Origin: an uncultured bacterium
GTDB lineage: Bacteria > Abyssobacteria > SURF-5
Assembly (NCBI GenBank): GCA_964607485.1
Contig: CAZSKP010000022.1
Coordinates: 1-64,000, forward strand
Length of the DNA stretch: 64,000 nt
Direction: 5' to 3'
Below are positions 9,517-18,712 of this stretch, in pieces. Made by a program: the position numbers and the translations under genes. Within the stretch, counting starts at the first letter, position 1; the number at the start of each line of letters is the position of its first letter. Under the pieces are notes generated by a model that ran no database searches, was not told the origin of the DNA, and saw only the letters and a list, made by a program, of their open reading frames with translations.

Positions 9517-9600
9517 TGGTTTCCCGCTCGCAACGAGCCTATCAATGTTCGACCCGAGCCGGCTTCGTTCCAGAAGCCCTTCTCGCCTTCGGTTGAAATG

Positions 9601-11598
9601 TCAGTGTTCGGGCCGGTGCTTGCGTCTCAGAATGAACGTATCGTCAAAGCTCTTTTCTGTCTGATAGTTTTTGCCCAGGTAACTTTGGATTTCCGGGAAA
9701 CGCGTATCGATGGTCAATCCCAGAAAGGGTCCGCGCGTGACGTAGATTATGTAATTCACCTTCTTCTTTTCCAGTTCTTCTACTACCTGTTCACGGTATT
9801 TTTGGGGGATGGCATAAATGGCGGGATACTTGGAGGCGCTGGGGCGGTCGGCCAGAAAGTAGTACATCGGAGAATAGGGAAACACGAAGATCGGCTCATC
9901 CGGAGCAGTCTTCCACGTGATGTAGTCAACCACCGTCTTGGTTATATAGGCCCGCTCGGGAGGTATGTAGACACCCCGTGCCCGCGGGAGATCGAGGGCG
10001 ACATAGTTTTCGCTGCGCTCACTCAGCCCGGCGAGGTAATCGTAGGGAGGCCTCGAAGGGGAATATGCTCGAAACCCCGAGTAGCCGAGCAGGCCGGAGA
10101 TTATGAAAGCGACGAGCGCCGCGTAAAGAAGCATTTCGACATATCGACTGTGCATTCCCTTATTACTTATCAGTATACGTACTCTCGGCCAAACCATATC
10201 TAAGTATCCGATGCTCAAAATCATTAAGGGATAAAGGACGTTCTTTATTGTCATCAGGGAGTATATACCGAAACCTCGCTGGAACATTATGCCCCCCAAC
10301 GCAGCGATGCCGAAAAACAGGATGGCTCGATTGGGAAAAGACCTCCTCAGGAACAGGGTGAGGCAGAAGAACACGCTGCCGATATAGAACACTATCGGCC
10401 AATAGGCGAGCAGCGTTTCGAAGGTGTCGTACTTATTCTCGTAGGAACGTGTGAGTAACTGATAAAGATTGGGAAATTCGAGGCCCCACGCGCCCATCGC
10501 ATAGTAACGGGGGACGTTGACCGTTGCCTCGTACAGGTCGGCCATCGCATGATGAAAGAAGAAGTACGCCAGTACGGGAACAAGCGGAACGAGAGCTCCG
10601 ATTATGAGCAGAGCCAGCTGCCGGAGGAAATCGGTTATCGTTTTCCTCTCCCGATAACAGAAAACGACCAGCATCGCCACCGTTGCGACCAGCGACCCCA
10701 CGCCCAACTCCTCGCTGAAGACGAGGGCGAATCCCACGAGCCCTCCCGATATCAACAAGTGCAAGGACCTTCTACTGAAAAAAGATTTGTACAGAAAATA
10801 CAAGGGAAGAAGAGAAACAGCATAGCGCCCCAACGATTGATGCACGCCCGGGAACATCGGGTAATAGAAGTAGACGATGGGAATCATTCCCACCAGCACC
10901 AACATCTTGTTCCTGACCAGTTGGCGAAGCACCTTGAACACGATCAGGTAGCCGAGAAGGTAGAAGAAATAGATGTAGTACCTGTGAAGGGCGATGGAGG
11001 GTCCAAACAGCTTCATCAGCCAGTATTGGGGCCAGATCATGAACGGCGCATTGTAGAAATAGACATCTTTATACAGGATGTTCCCTCTCAACAGCTCGTT
11101 GATCCAGCGGAGGTAAACCCCTTCCTCGAAGAAGAATCCCCACTTCGCCCAGTACCAGTTCTTATAAATGAAATCAGTGTGGAACGTGACGAGGAACAGC
11201 ACCAAAGTCAAGACCGCCCAGCGAACCAGTCCCATTGCGGGTTTCGGTTTCTCCACGTCAGGCGTGGGATGACTCTCCTCGCTCGCAAGCCTGGCACCCT
11301 TCTTCCTGTAATGAAAATACGTGACCGCCAGAAAGATGCACATGCCGACCGCGATAGAAACAACCACTCCCAGGATGTAGTACGGCACTTCCAGTTCTTT
11401 AGGGTATCTGTCGAGGACGGTCTGGCTTATGATGCCCAGTTCGCGGGCCTTCTCTATGGAAGATACATCCTGCGGCAGCAGGTGGATGACCGCTCCGGCC
11501 AACAGCATGCCCAACAGAATCGAACACACCCCCACCAGTATCTGGAACAGGTGTGTTCTTTCATCGGACAGATATTTCTGATAGTCGGAACGGACCAC
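9601..11598 (-). CDS. Polytopic membrane protein, GT-C/ArnT-PMT-like (tandem paralog A)
   Basis: FFEEGVY, GNILYKD and PIFVFPYSPMYYFLADR; N-terminus near-identical to 11880-13880. Confidence 0.7.
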   Translation of the reverse strand: MVRSDYQKYLSDERTHLFQILVGVCSILLGMLLAGAVIHLLPQDVSSIEKARELGIISQTVLDRYPKELEVPYYILGVVVSIAVGMCIFLAVTYFHYRKKGARLASEESHPTPDVEKPKPAMGLVRWAVLTLVLFLVTFHTDFIYKNWYWAKWGFFFEEGVYLRWINELLRGNILYKDVYFYNAPFMIWPQYWLMKLFGPSIALHRYYIYFFYLLGYLIVFKVLRQLVRNKMLVLVGMIPIVYFYYPMFPGVHQSLGRYAVSLLPLYFLYKSFFSRRSLHLLISGGLVGFALVFSEELGVGSLVATVAMLVVFCYRERKTITDFLRQLALLIIGALVPLVPVLAYFFFHHAMADLYEATVNVPRYYAMGAWGLEFPNLYQLLTRSYENKYDTFETLLAYWPIVFYIGSVFFCLTLFLRRSFPNRAILFFGIAALGGIMFQRGFGIYSLMTIKNVLYPLMILSIGYLDMVWPRVRILISNKGMHSRYVEMLLYAALVAFIISGLLGYSGFRAYSPSRPPYDYLAGLSERSENYVALDLPRARGVYIPPERAYITKTVVDYITWKTAPDEPIFVFPYSPMYYFLADRPSASKYPAIYAIPQKYREQVVEELEKKKVNYIIYVTRGPFLGLTIDTRFPEIQSYLGKNYQTEKSFDDTFILRRKHRPEH

Positions 11599-11690
11599 GC
11601 TCTATCTTTCCCGCGGGATTCCGGGGCTGCCTAGCAAGCCAAAGGCTTGGCATCCCTTTCGGTTACGGCAGGGCAAGAAGATAATCGGCA
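11030..11690. repeat. Duplicated segment, copy 1 (5' part of gene plus about 90 nt of leader)
   Basis: Near-identical to about 13312-13972 (offset about 2282 nt); boundaries approximate. Confidence 0.85.
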
Positions 11691-11710
11691 CGGCCTGGGT
11701 GCTCGCGACG

Positions 11711-11739
11711 AGCCTACCAATTTCTTCGACCCAAGTCAA
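11711..11739 (-). promoter_or_regulatory. Putative sigma70 promoter of paralog A
   Basis: TTGACT-17 nt-TAGGCT. Confidence 0.5.
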
Positions 11740-11879
11740 CTTCACCATACTATCTCTGTGACGGCTTGCGGAGGGGCCCCGGTTCCAAGCGGAAGATAAG
11801 CCCGTCCCCTCAGCCGCCGGAAATGCGGATTCATGTTCGCTTCCTTTAAGAGAAGCCAGTCGCGTCTCTAGGAAAGATA

Positions 11880-13880
11880 TCAGGGTTCAGGTCGATCTTT
11901 GCGCTTAAGAATGAACGTGTTATCAAACTTTCTTTCCGTTTGATAGTTGTCGTCTATGTAATCCATAATCCGGGAAAAGCGCGTCTCGGTGGGCACTTCT
12001 AGGACGGGCCAGTGCTTATCAATATAGACTATATACCTCACCTTCTTTTCCTCAAGTTCCCTGATTGTCTGTTCTCGCGTTTGTTTTAAGACGGCATAGA
12101 TGGTGGGATATTTGGTGGCGGCGGGGCGGTCCGTCAGAAAGTAATACATCGGGGAATAGGGAAACACGAAGATTGGCTCATCGGGAGTCGTTTTCGACCT
12201 GATATACTCAACCACCTGCTTGGTCGTGTATGCCCACGGGGGCGGCATGTAGATGTTTTCGGCCCTGGGCAGGCCGAGAGGTACGAAATTCTCGTTCAGT
12301 TTGCTGAGCCCGATGCGGTAGGCAGGTGGGGTGAATGAAGGGGAGAACGCGCGGGGCAGTGAATAGCCACAGAAGCCAAAACCCATAAATATGAGGAGCG
12401 CCGCGTAAAGCGCCAGTTCGACTCGTCGGCCCGGCGCACCCCTGCTTCCCGCTAAATAGCGCACTCTTGGCCAGACTGCGTCTAAGCAGCCGGCGCCCAG
12501 GATTACAAGGGGATAGATAACGCTCTTTATTTGGAAGAGGGAGTATATGCCGAAAGCGCGTTGGAATATTATTCCCCCCAAAGTGGCGACGCCAAGAAAC
12601 AAGATGCTCCTGTTCGTAAAGGATCTCCTGAGAAACATGGACAGGCAGAAAAAGACGCTGCCGATATAGAACACTATCGGCCAGTAAGCGAGCAGCGTTT
12701 CAACGGTGTCGTACCTGCTCTCGTAGGAACCCGTGAGCGACCGAAAAAGATTGGGGAATTCGAGCCCCCAGGCGCCTATGGCATAATACCTGGGAAGATT
12801 GACCATCGCCTCGTAGAGTTCCGCCGTGGCCTGATGAATCAGGAAGTATGCCAGCACGGGAACCAGCACAACGAAAACTCCAATGATGAGCAGTGCCAGT
12901 TGCCGGAGGCAATCCGTTATCGTTTTCCTCTCCCGATAACAGAAAACGACCAGCATCGCCACCGTCGCGACCAGCGAGCCTACGCCAAGTTCCTGGCTGA
13001 AGAGAAGTGCAAATCCCACTGTAAGACCGGTTATCAAGAGGTACGACAACCTCCTGTTGAAGAGAAATTGATATAGAAAATAAGGCGGGAGAAGCGAAAC
13101 GGCGAATCGTCCCAGCGCTACATGAACACCGGGAAACATAGGATAATAATAATAAACAATGAAGAACATGGCTATCAGCATCAGCGTTTTGCGGTTAACC
13201 ATCTGGCGAAGCACTTTGAACACGATCAGATAGCCGATAAAACAGAGGGAATATACGTAGCACCTGTCAAGGACAATGGAAGGCCCAAGCAGCTTCATCA
13301 GCCAATATTGGGGCCAGACCATGAACGGGCCTCCATAGAAGTAGATGTCCCTATAGAGAATATTCCCTCTCAGCAGCTCGTTGATCCAGCGGAGGTAAAT
13401 CCCTTCCTCGAAGAAGAATCCCCACTCCGCCCAGTACCAGTTCTTGTAGATGAAATCAGTGTGGAACGTGACGAGAAACAGCACGAGAACCAACGCGGCC
13501 CAGCGGAGCAATCCCATTGCGGGTTTCGGTTTCTCCATGTCAGGCGTGGGATGACTCTCCTCGCCCGCAAGCTCCGCCCCCCTCCTCCTGTAATGAAAAT
13601 ACGTGACCGCCAAAAAGATGCACATGCCGACCGCGATAGAAACAACCACTCCCAGGATGTAATACGGCACTTCCAGTTCTTTGGGATAGTTGTCGAGGAT
13701 GGTGCGGCTGATGATGCCCAGTTCTCGGGCCTTCTCTATGGAAGATACATCCTGCGGCAGCAGATGGATGAGCGCTCCGGCCGCCAGCATGCCCAACAGA
13801 ATCGAACACACCCCCACCAGCATCTGAAACAGGCGTGTTCTTTTATCGGACAGATATTTCTGATAGTCGGAACGGACCAC
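11880..13880 (-). CDS. Polytopic membrane protein, GT-C/ArnT-PMT-like (tandem paralog B)
   Basis: FFEEGIY, GNILYRD and PIFVFPYSPMYYFLTDR; paralog of 9601-11598. Confidence 0.7.
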   Translation of the reverse strand: MVRSDYQKYLSDKRTRLFQMLVGVCSILLGMLAAGALIHLLPQDVSSIEKARELGIISRTILDNYPKELEVPYYILGVVVSIAVGMCIFLAVTYFHYRRRGAELAGEESHPTPDMEKPKPAMGLLRWAALVLVLFLVTFHTDFIYKNWYWAEWGFFFEEGIYLRWINELLRGNILYRDIYFYGGPFMVWPQYWLMKLLGPSIVLDRCYVYSLCFIGYLIVFKVLRQMVNRKTLMLIAMFFIVYYYYPMFPGVHVALGRFAVSLLPPYFLYQFLFNRRLSYLLITGLTVGFALLFSQELGVGSLVATVAMLVVFCYRERKTITDCLRQLALLIIGVFVVLVPVLAYFLIHQATAELYEAMVNLPRYYAIGAWGLEFPNLFRSLTGSYESRYDTVETLLAYWPIVFYIGSVFFCLSMFLRRSFTNRSILFLGVATLGGIIFQRAFGIYSLFQIKSVIYPLVILGAGCLDAVWPRVRYLAGSRGAPGRRVELALYAALLIFMGFGFCGYSLPRAFSPSFTPPAYRIGLSKLNENFVPLGLPRAENIYMPPPWAYTTKQVVEYIRSKTTPDEPIFVFPYSPMYYFLTDRPAATKYPTIYAVLKQTREQTIRELEEKKVRYIVYIDKHWPVLEVPTETRFSRIMDYIDDNYQTERKFDNTFILKRKDRPEP

Positions 13881-13972
13881 GCTCTATCTTTCCCGCGGGA
13901 TTTCGGATTCTCCTAGCGAGCCAAAGGCTTGGCATCCCTTTTGGTTACGGCAGGGCAAGGAGATAATCGGCC
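13312..13972. repeat. Duplicated segment, copy 2
   Basis: Near-identical to about 11030-11690. Confidence 0.85.
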
Positions 13973-14048
13973 GAATCGAGGCTGGTGGGATTCTACAGGA
14001 TTGTCGGAGACATTGTCAACGAACTACGACCGGGGCCGGGAGACAGGG

Positions 14049-14594
14049 TCAGCCCCCCTTGAGCGTCTCGACCGTGATGTTCTCGTTCGTGTAAACACAG
14101 ATCGCAGCGGCGGCGAGCAGGGCTTCCCTGACTATTTCCTCCGCCGATAAGTCGGAGTGCTTGACGAGCGCCCGTGCAGCCGCCAGCGCATACGGCCCGC
14201 CCGAGCCTATCGCGATTATTCCGTCGTCCGGTTCCACTATTTCGCCCGTGCCGGAGAGCAACAGCGAATGAGTGGCGTCGCACACAGCGAGCAGCGCCTC
14301 GAGCCGCCGAAGGTATTTGTCCGTCCGCCAATCCTTCGCAAGCTCAACGGCGGCCCGCTGAAGGTTCGACTTGTACTCCGAAAGCTTGGCGTCGAATCGC
14401 TCAAAGAGCGTGATCGCGTCGGCGGCCGCTCCCGCGAAGCCGGCAAGCACCTTGCCCTCGGCCAGCCGCCGTATTTTCGTCGCGTGGTGTTTCACTATCG
14501 TGTTGGACAGAGTCACCTGTCCGTCGCCCCCAAGAGCCACGGTGCCCCTGTGTCGCACCGAAACTACTGTCGTTGCTCTGAACATCGGTTTCAT
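14049..14594 (-). CDS. hslV: ATP-dependent protease subunit HslV
   Basis: ATTVV catalytic Thr, [26 protein letters not shown] and IGSGG. Confidence 0.96.
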   Translation of the reverse strand: MKPMFRATTVVSVRHRGTVALGGDGQVTLSNTIVKHHATKIRRLAEGKVLAGFAGAAADAITLFERFDAKLSEYKSNLQRAAVELAKDWRTDKYLRRLEALLAVCDATHSLLLSGTGEIVEPDDGIIAIGSGGPYALAAARALVKHSDLSAEEIVREALLAAAAICVYTNENITVETLKGG

Positions 14595-15517
14595 CCCCCT
14601 GATGCGCCTCGTGCGTGAGGGTGCGCCTGGTCGTAAATCGTCCGAAGCCTTTCGGCGGTCAAGTGAGTGTAAATCTGCGTCGAAGACAGCACCGCGTGCC
14701 CGAGCAGTTCCTGCACGTCGCGGAGATCGGCGCCTCCGTCGAGCAGGTGCGTGGCGAAACTATGCCGCAGCGTGTGCGGGCTCACCGGGCGTCTGTACCA
14801 CAGCTTCTTCGCGTACTTTGTCACTATCCTGTGAAAATCCCTTTGCTGAAGCGGACGCCCGTTGCGACTCAGAAAAAGCTTCCCCTTCGAGAGACCTATG
14901 TCCAGCCTCTTGCGGGCTTCGAGGTACTCACTCAGGGCGGCGATGGCAAAGCGTCCCAGCAGCGCGATCCTCTGCTTGCCCCCCTTACCCGTGACTCTCA
15001 CGGTGCTGCCCAGAAGGTCCAAGTCGTCAAGCCCGATTCCCGCCAACTCGGCCACGCGCACCCCCGTCGAGTAGAGTGTTTCCAGTATCGCCCTGTCCCG
15101 TTTTCCGGTCGGCGTGTCGTCCGGAGGAGCTTCGAGCAGTTGTTTGGCCTCCTCGACCGAAAGGAATTCCGGAAGCCATCTTGGCAGTTTCGGAGTCGAA
15201 ACCTCATCGGCAGGATTTCTCTCAACGATGCCCTCGCGCTGCATGAGATTGAAAAAGGTGCGAATCGCGGAGAGCTTCCTTGCGACGCTTCGTCTCGAGG
15301 TATTGTTCGATTGCAGTTGCGCCAGGTAGGCTCTTATCTTCAGGTTGTCGGCCTCGGCAAGGGGTATCGATTCAAGAGGAACGTCCGGGCCGCCAAAATA
15401 GCGGTCGGCGAGGAAGCGAAGGAATGCCCTCGCGTCGCCCAAGTAGGCGCGCAGTGTGTGCTCGCTCAGGTTGCGCTCGGTCTTGAGGTATCGTTCGAAA
15501 AGCGTGAGGTAGTCCAT
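14591..15517 (-). CDS. xerC: Tyrosine recombinase XerC
   Basis: [26 protein letters not shown] and [12 protein letters not shown]; topA-xerC-hslV synteny. Confidence 0.9.
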   Translation of the reverse strand: MDYLTLFERYLKTERNLSEHTLRAYLGDARAFLRFLADRYFGGPDVPLESIPLAEADNLKIRAYLAQLQSNNTSRRSVARKLSAIRTFFNLMQREGIVERNPADEVSTPKLPRWLPEFLSVEEAKQLLEAPPDDTPTGKRDRAILETLYSTGVRVAELAGIGLDDLDLLGSTVRVTGKGGKQRIALLGRFAIAALSEYLEARKRLDIGLSKGKLFLSRNGRPLQQRDFHRIVTKYAKKLWYRRPVSPHTLRHSFATHLLDGGADLRDVQELLGHAVLSSTQIYTHLTAERLRTIYDQAHPHARGASGG

Positions 15518-15523
15518 CGCCTG

Positions 15524-17800
15524 CTAGCTTGCGGCCTCTTCCTTAGACTCCTCCTTTACCTCTTCCTTATAGCGGCAGCCCTTCTTGGGACACCTCAGGA
15601 CGAGTTTGCCGTCGCGGGTGTATTTCTCGACCAGAAAGGCTCCTCCGCACTGCGGGCAGCTCTTGCTGTTGGGCTTGTCCCAGCTCGCGAACTTACAGTC
15701 GGGATATCGGCTGCAACTGAAGAACAGACGCCCCTTCTTCGAGCGCCGCTCGACCACCTCGCCGCCGCATCCCGGCTCGGGGCACTCGACGCCTATGCCA
15801 AACGGCATCGCGGTCTTGCATTCCGGATACCTCTTGCACGAGAGGAAGCGTCCCGTGCGGCCGTTCTTCACGACCATGGGGCTGCCGCACGTGGGACAGG
15901 TCTTTTCTGCGGCAAGCTGCTCCGCTTCGGCGGCCGATGTTCCGCCGTTTTCACCGACCTCTTTCGTGTTGCGACACTCGGGATAACCGGTGCATGCGAG
16001 GAACTTGCCGTAGCGTCCCCAGCGGATGACCATCGGCTTGCCGCATTCCTCACAGACCTCGTCGGTCGGAACTCCCTCCCTCTTGATGTTACGCATCTGC
16101 TGTGTCGCGGTGGCGAGCGAGTCTTCGAACGGACCGTAAAAGTCGCGGAGAAGCTCCTGCCAGTCTGCCTTCCCCTCCTCCACGTCATCCAATTGCTCTT
16201 CCATCTTAGCGGTAAACTCGACGTCGAGGATTTTCGGGAAATTCTCGACCAGAAGTCCGTTCACCGTGCAGCCCAGGTCGGTCGGCAGGAGCCGCCCCTT
16301 CTCTCTTTGCACGTACTTGCGCTTCTGGATCGTATCGACGATTGTGGCATACGTGCTGGGACGCCCTATCGCCTTCTCTTCCAACGCCTTCACCAATGTG
16401 GCCTCTGTGTAGCGCGGAGGCGGCTTGGTGAAGTGCTGATCGGGAAGAACTTTCTTGCACGTGAGCGTGTCGTCCTTTTCCACGGGCGGGAACGACTTGT
16501 CGCCCTCCTCGCCGTTTCCGTTGTTGTCGGATTCTTCTCGATACAGCACGAGGAAGCCCCGAACCTTCAGGATCGATCCCGTCGCACGCAGCGAATACTT
16601 GTTGTCGGCATCTATCTCTATGGTCGTCTGGTCGTATATCGCCGGTCCCATCTGGCTGGCCAGAAAGCGGTTCCATATCAGCGTGTACAGCGCCAAGTGC
16701 TCCTTGTTAAGATGCGGCTTCATCTTCTCGGGTTCCCATTCTATCGAGGTCGGCCTGATCGCCTCGTGCGCATCCTGCGCGTCGCGCTTATTCTTGAACA
16801 CGTTGACGTGGTTGGGCGGGTAGCATTCCTTCCCGTACTTCTTCAGAATGTATTCGAGCGCCGCCTCCTGCGCCTCTTTCGAGATACGGACCGAGTCGGT
16901 ACGCATATAGGTGATAAGAGCGACGTTGCCCTCGCCCGGTATTTCGATTCCTTCATACAAATCCTGCGCAAGGCGCATCGTGCGCGTCGGCCGCATCCGC
17001 AGCTTCTTAAACGCCTCCTGCTGCAGCGTGCTCGTGATAAACGGTGCGTATGGCCGGCGGCGGACCTCTTTCGTCTCTACGCTCTTGACGACGAACCGCG
17101 CTCGCCTCAACTCGTCGGAAATCTTGGCGGCCGACTCCTCATTGGGTACCTCGGCCTTCTCCCCCTCCACCTTCGTAAGCTGAGCTTCAAAGGGCGGGTA
17201 GCCCTTCTTTTCGAGCAGCGTCTTTATGGACCAATACTCTTTGGGAACAAACTTGCTTATCTCATCCTCGCGCTCGCACAGGATTCTTACCGCCACCGAC
17301 TGGACCCGGCCGGCGCTCAGGCCGCGCTTCACCTTGGTCCACAGCAGAGGACTCAGCTTGTAGCCCACCAGCCGGTCGAGGATGCGCCTGGCCTGCTGTG
17401 CGTTCACGAGCGCCATGTCGATATCCCTCGGGTTCCGAATCGCCTCTTGTATGGCGCTCTTGGTTATCTCGTTGAAGACTATCCGGCGCATCTTGCGCTT
17501 ATTTCCGATGGCCTCCTTGATGTGCCAGCCGATGGCCTCGCCCTCGCGGTCGAAGTCGGACGCGAGATACACTTCCTCGGCCTCCTGGGCGCGCTTCTTC
17601 AGGTTGGTGATGATTTTACGCTTCCCGCTTGCCACGACGTACCGGGGCGTGAAGCCGCCGTCCACGTCGACGCCGAGTTCTTTTTCCGGGAGGTCGCGCA
17701 CGTGCCCCATCGACGCCTCGACATCGTAATCCTTGCCGAGGTACTTATTTATCGTCTTAGCCTTCGCGGGCGACTCGACTATTACCAACTTTTTTGCCAC
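15524..17800 (-). CDS. topA: DNA topoisomerase I with C-terminal Zn ribbons
   Basis: LVIVESPAKAK, DREGE, SAGRVQS, LITYMRTDS and repeated C4 Zn ribbons. Confidence 0.98.
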   Translation of the reverse strand: MAKKLVIVESPAKAKTINKYLGKDYDVEASMGHVRDLPEKELGVDVDGGFTPRYVVASGKRKIITNLKKRAQEAEEVYLASDFDREGEAIGWHIKEAIGNKRKMRRIVFNEITKSAIQEAIRNPRDIDMALVNAQQARRILDRLVGYKLSPLLWTKVKRGLSAGRVQSVAVRILCEREDEISKFVPKEYWSIKTLLEKKGYPPFEAQLTKVEGEKAEVPNEESAAKISDELRRARFVVKSVETKEVRRRPYAPFITSTLQQEAFKKLRMRPTRTMRLAQDLYEGIEIPGEGNVALITYMRTDSVRISKEAQEAALEYILKKYGKECYPPNHVNVFKNKRDAQDAHEAIRPTSIEWEPEKMKPHLNKEHLALYTLIWNRFLASQMGPAIYDQTTIEIDADNKYSLRATGSILKVRGFLVLYREESDNNGNGEEGDKSFPPVEKDDTLTCKKVLPDQHFTKPPPRYTEATLVKALEEKAIGRPSTYATIVDTIQKRKYVQREKGRLLPTDLGCTVNGLLVENFPKILDVEFTAKMEEQLDDVEEGKADWQELLRDFYGPFEDSLATATQQMRNIKREGVPTDEVCEECGKPMVIRWGRYGKFLACTGYPECRNTKEVGENGGTSAAEAEQLAAEKTCPTCGSPMVVKNGRTGRFLSCKRYPECKTAMPFGIGVECPEPGCGGEVVERRSKKGRLFFSCSRYPDCKFASWDKPNSKSCPQCGGAFLVEKYTRDGKLVLRCPKKGCRYKEEVKEESKEEAAS

Positions 17801-17803
17801 GTG

Positions 17804-18271
17804 TTACGCTCTTCCTTTCTTGAAGTAATCAAGCCATTCTTCCACATCGAGAACATCGGCGGTGTTGCCTCTCGGAGCGGATCGGCGGCGCTTCGGCGTG
17901 GATTCGAGTTTTTTCGCAAAATCCTCCGACGAAACCAGGCGCGCCCTACGACTGCGTGCACACCGGCGAATTTCGTTGTCCGAGGAAACAATTGTCAACC
18001 CCTTCGGATTCGGGTCCTGTTTAATCATGTCGATGATTATGTCGTCGGCGGAACCCTCTGGGGGAGCGAAGATTACGCGTAATCTCGGTCCAATCTGACG
18101 AGGGCCTGAATCGAGGTCCGCCCCCTTGTCGAACACCACGATAAACTTCTGCGAGCCTCGGTGCAATTGCCGTGCCAAAATTCTCAGCAGCTTCTCCTCG
18201 TCATCGCGCTCACCCAGCCGAATCTTCGACATTTTGCCAATTAGGTTGTGTCCGTCGATGATTACCGGCAT
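17804..18271 (-). CDS. NYN-domain protein (YacP/Rae1-like ribonuclease)
   Basis: IIDGHNLI, IVVFD, SADDIII and VSSD motifs. Confidence 0.8.
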   Translation of the reverse strand: MPVIIDGHNLIGKMSKIRLGERDDEEKLLRILARQLHRGSQKFIVVFDKGADLDSGPRQIGPRLRVIFAPPEGSADDIIIDMIKQDPNPKGLTIVSSDNEIRRCARSRRARLVSSEDFAKKLESTPKRRRSAPRGNTADVLDVEEWLDYFKKGRA

Positions 18272-18575
18272 CTCACAATCACTTTCTGCGGATAGAGCGG
18301 CACAGACCGGTCAATCCACGTCCGACGGAGTGATTATAGCCCTGCTCCCATACCTTGTCAAATACGCCTCCCGGATGCTACCGCGCACTTTGGCCGGAAA
18401 CCCAGCCGCTTGACCGGCCGGTTCAGCTGTCGGCTCAAGTGCCCTCCGCACCGATAGTACGGGACAATTCTCGATTCGCCCCCGGATACTTGATATGGTC
18501 TATCAATGGAGTCGGGGACCTAAATGAGCATCTTGTGGAGGAGGGGACCACTTTCCCACGGAGGGAGAGTATTAC

Positions 18576-18605
18576 TTGACCTGTATTACTAATTAGGGAT
18601 ATACT
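18576..18605 (+). promoter_or_regulatory. Putative sigma70 promoter of the SAMD9-like gene, with a direct repeat
   Basis: TTGACC-18 nt-TATACT; GTATTACT occurs at 18569-18576 and 18583-18590, either side of the -35. Confidence 0.5.
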
Positions 18606-18712
18606 ATGGTTACTTTTTTTGACACTCTATGTTACTTCGCAGATCACTGGTGTTGGTGAATTGGCTTGCCAGCTTTGGTCTTCATTTGGCTTAACTTAGG
18701 AGAGGTACTTTC

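Noticed and set aside
11561-11653. 30-codon minus-strand uORF (MPSLWLAR...) overlapping the start of both duplicated genes
   Set aside because: Its conservation is explained by the recent duplication, SD spacing is poor, and there is no independent support.
14591-15517. Tyrosine recombinase as the integrase of a mobile element carrying the SAMD9-like gene
   Set aside because: Sits in the housekeeping topA-xerC-hslV context with overlapping genes; no att-like repeats seen.
14615-18082. 1155-aa plus-strand ORF
   Set aside because: Antisense shadow of xerC, topA and the NYN gene; typical of GC-rich codon bias and has no recognisable motifs.
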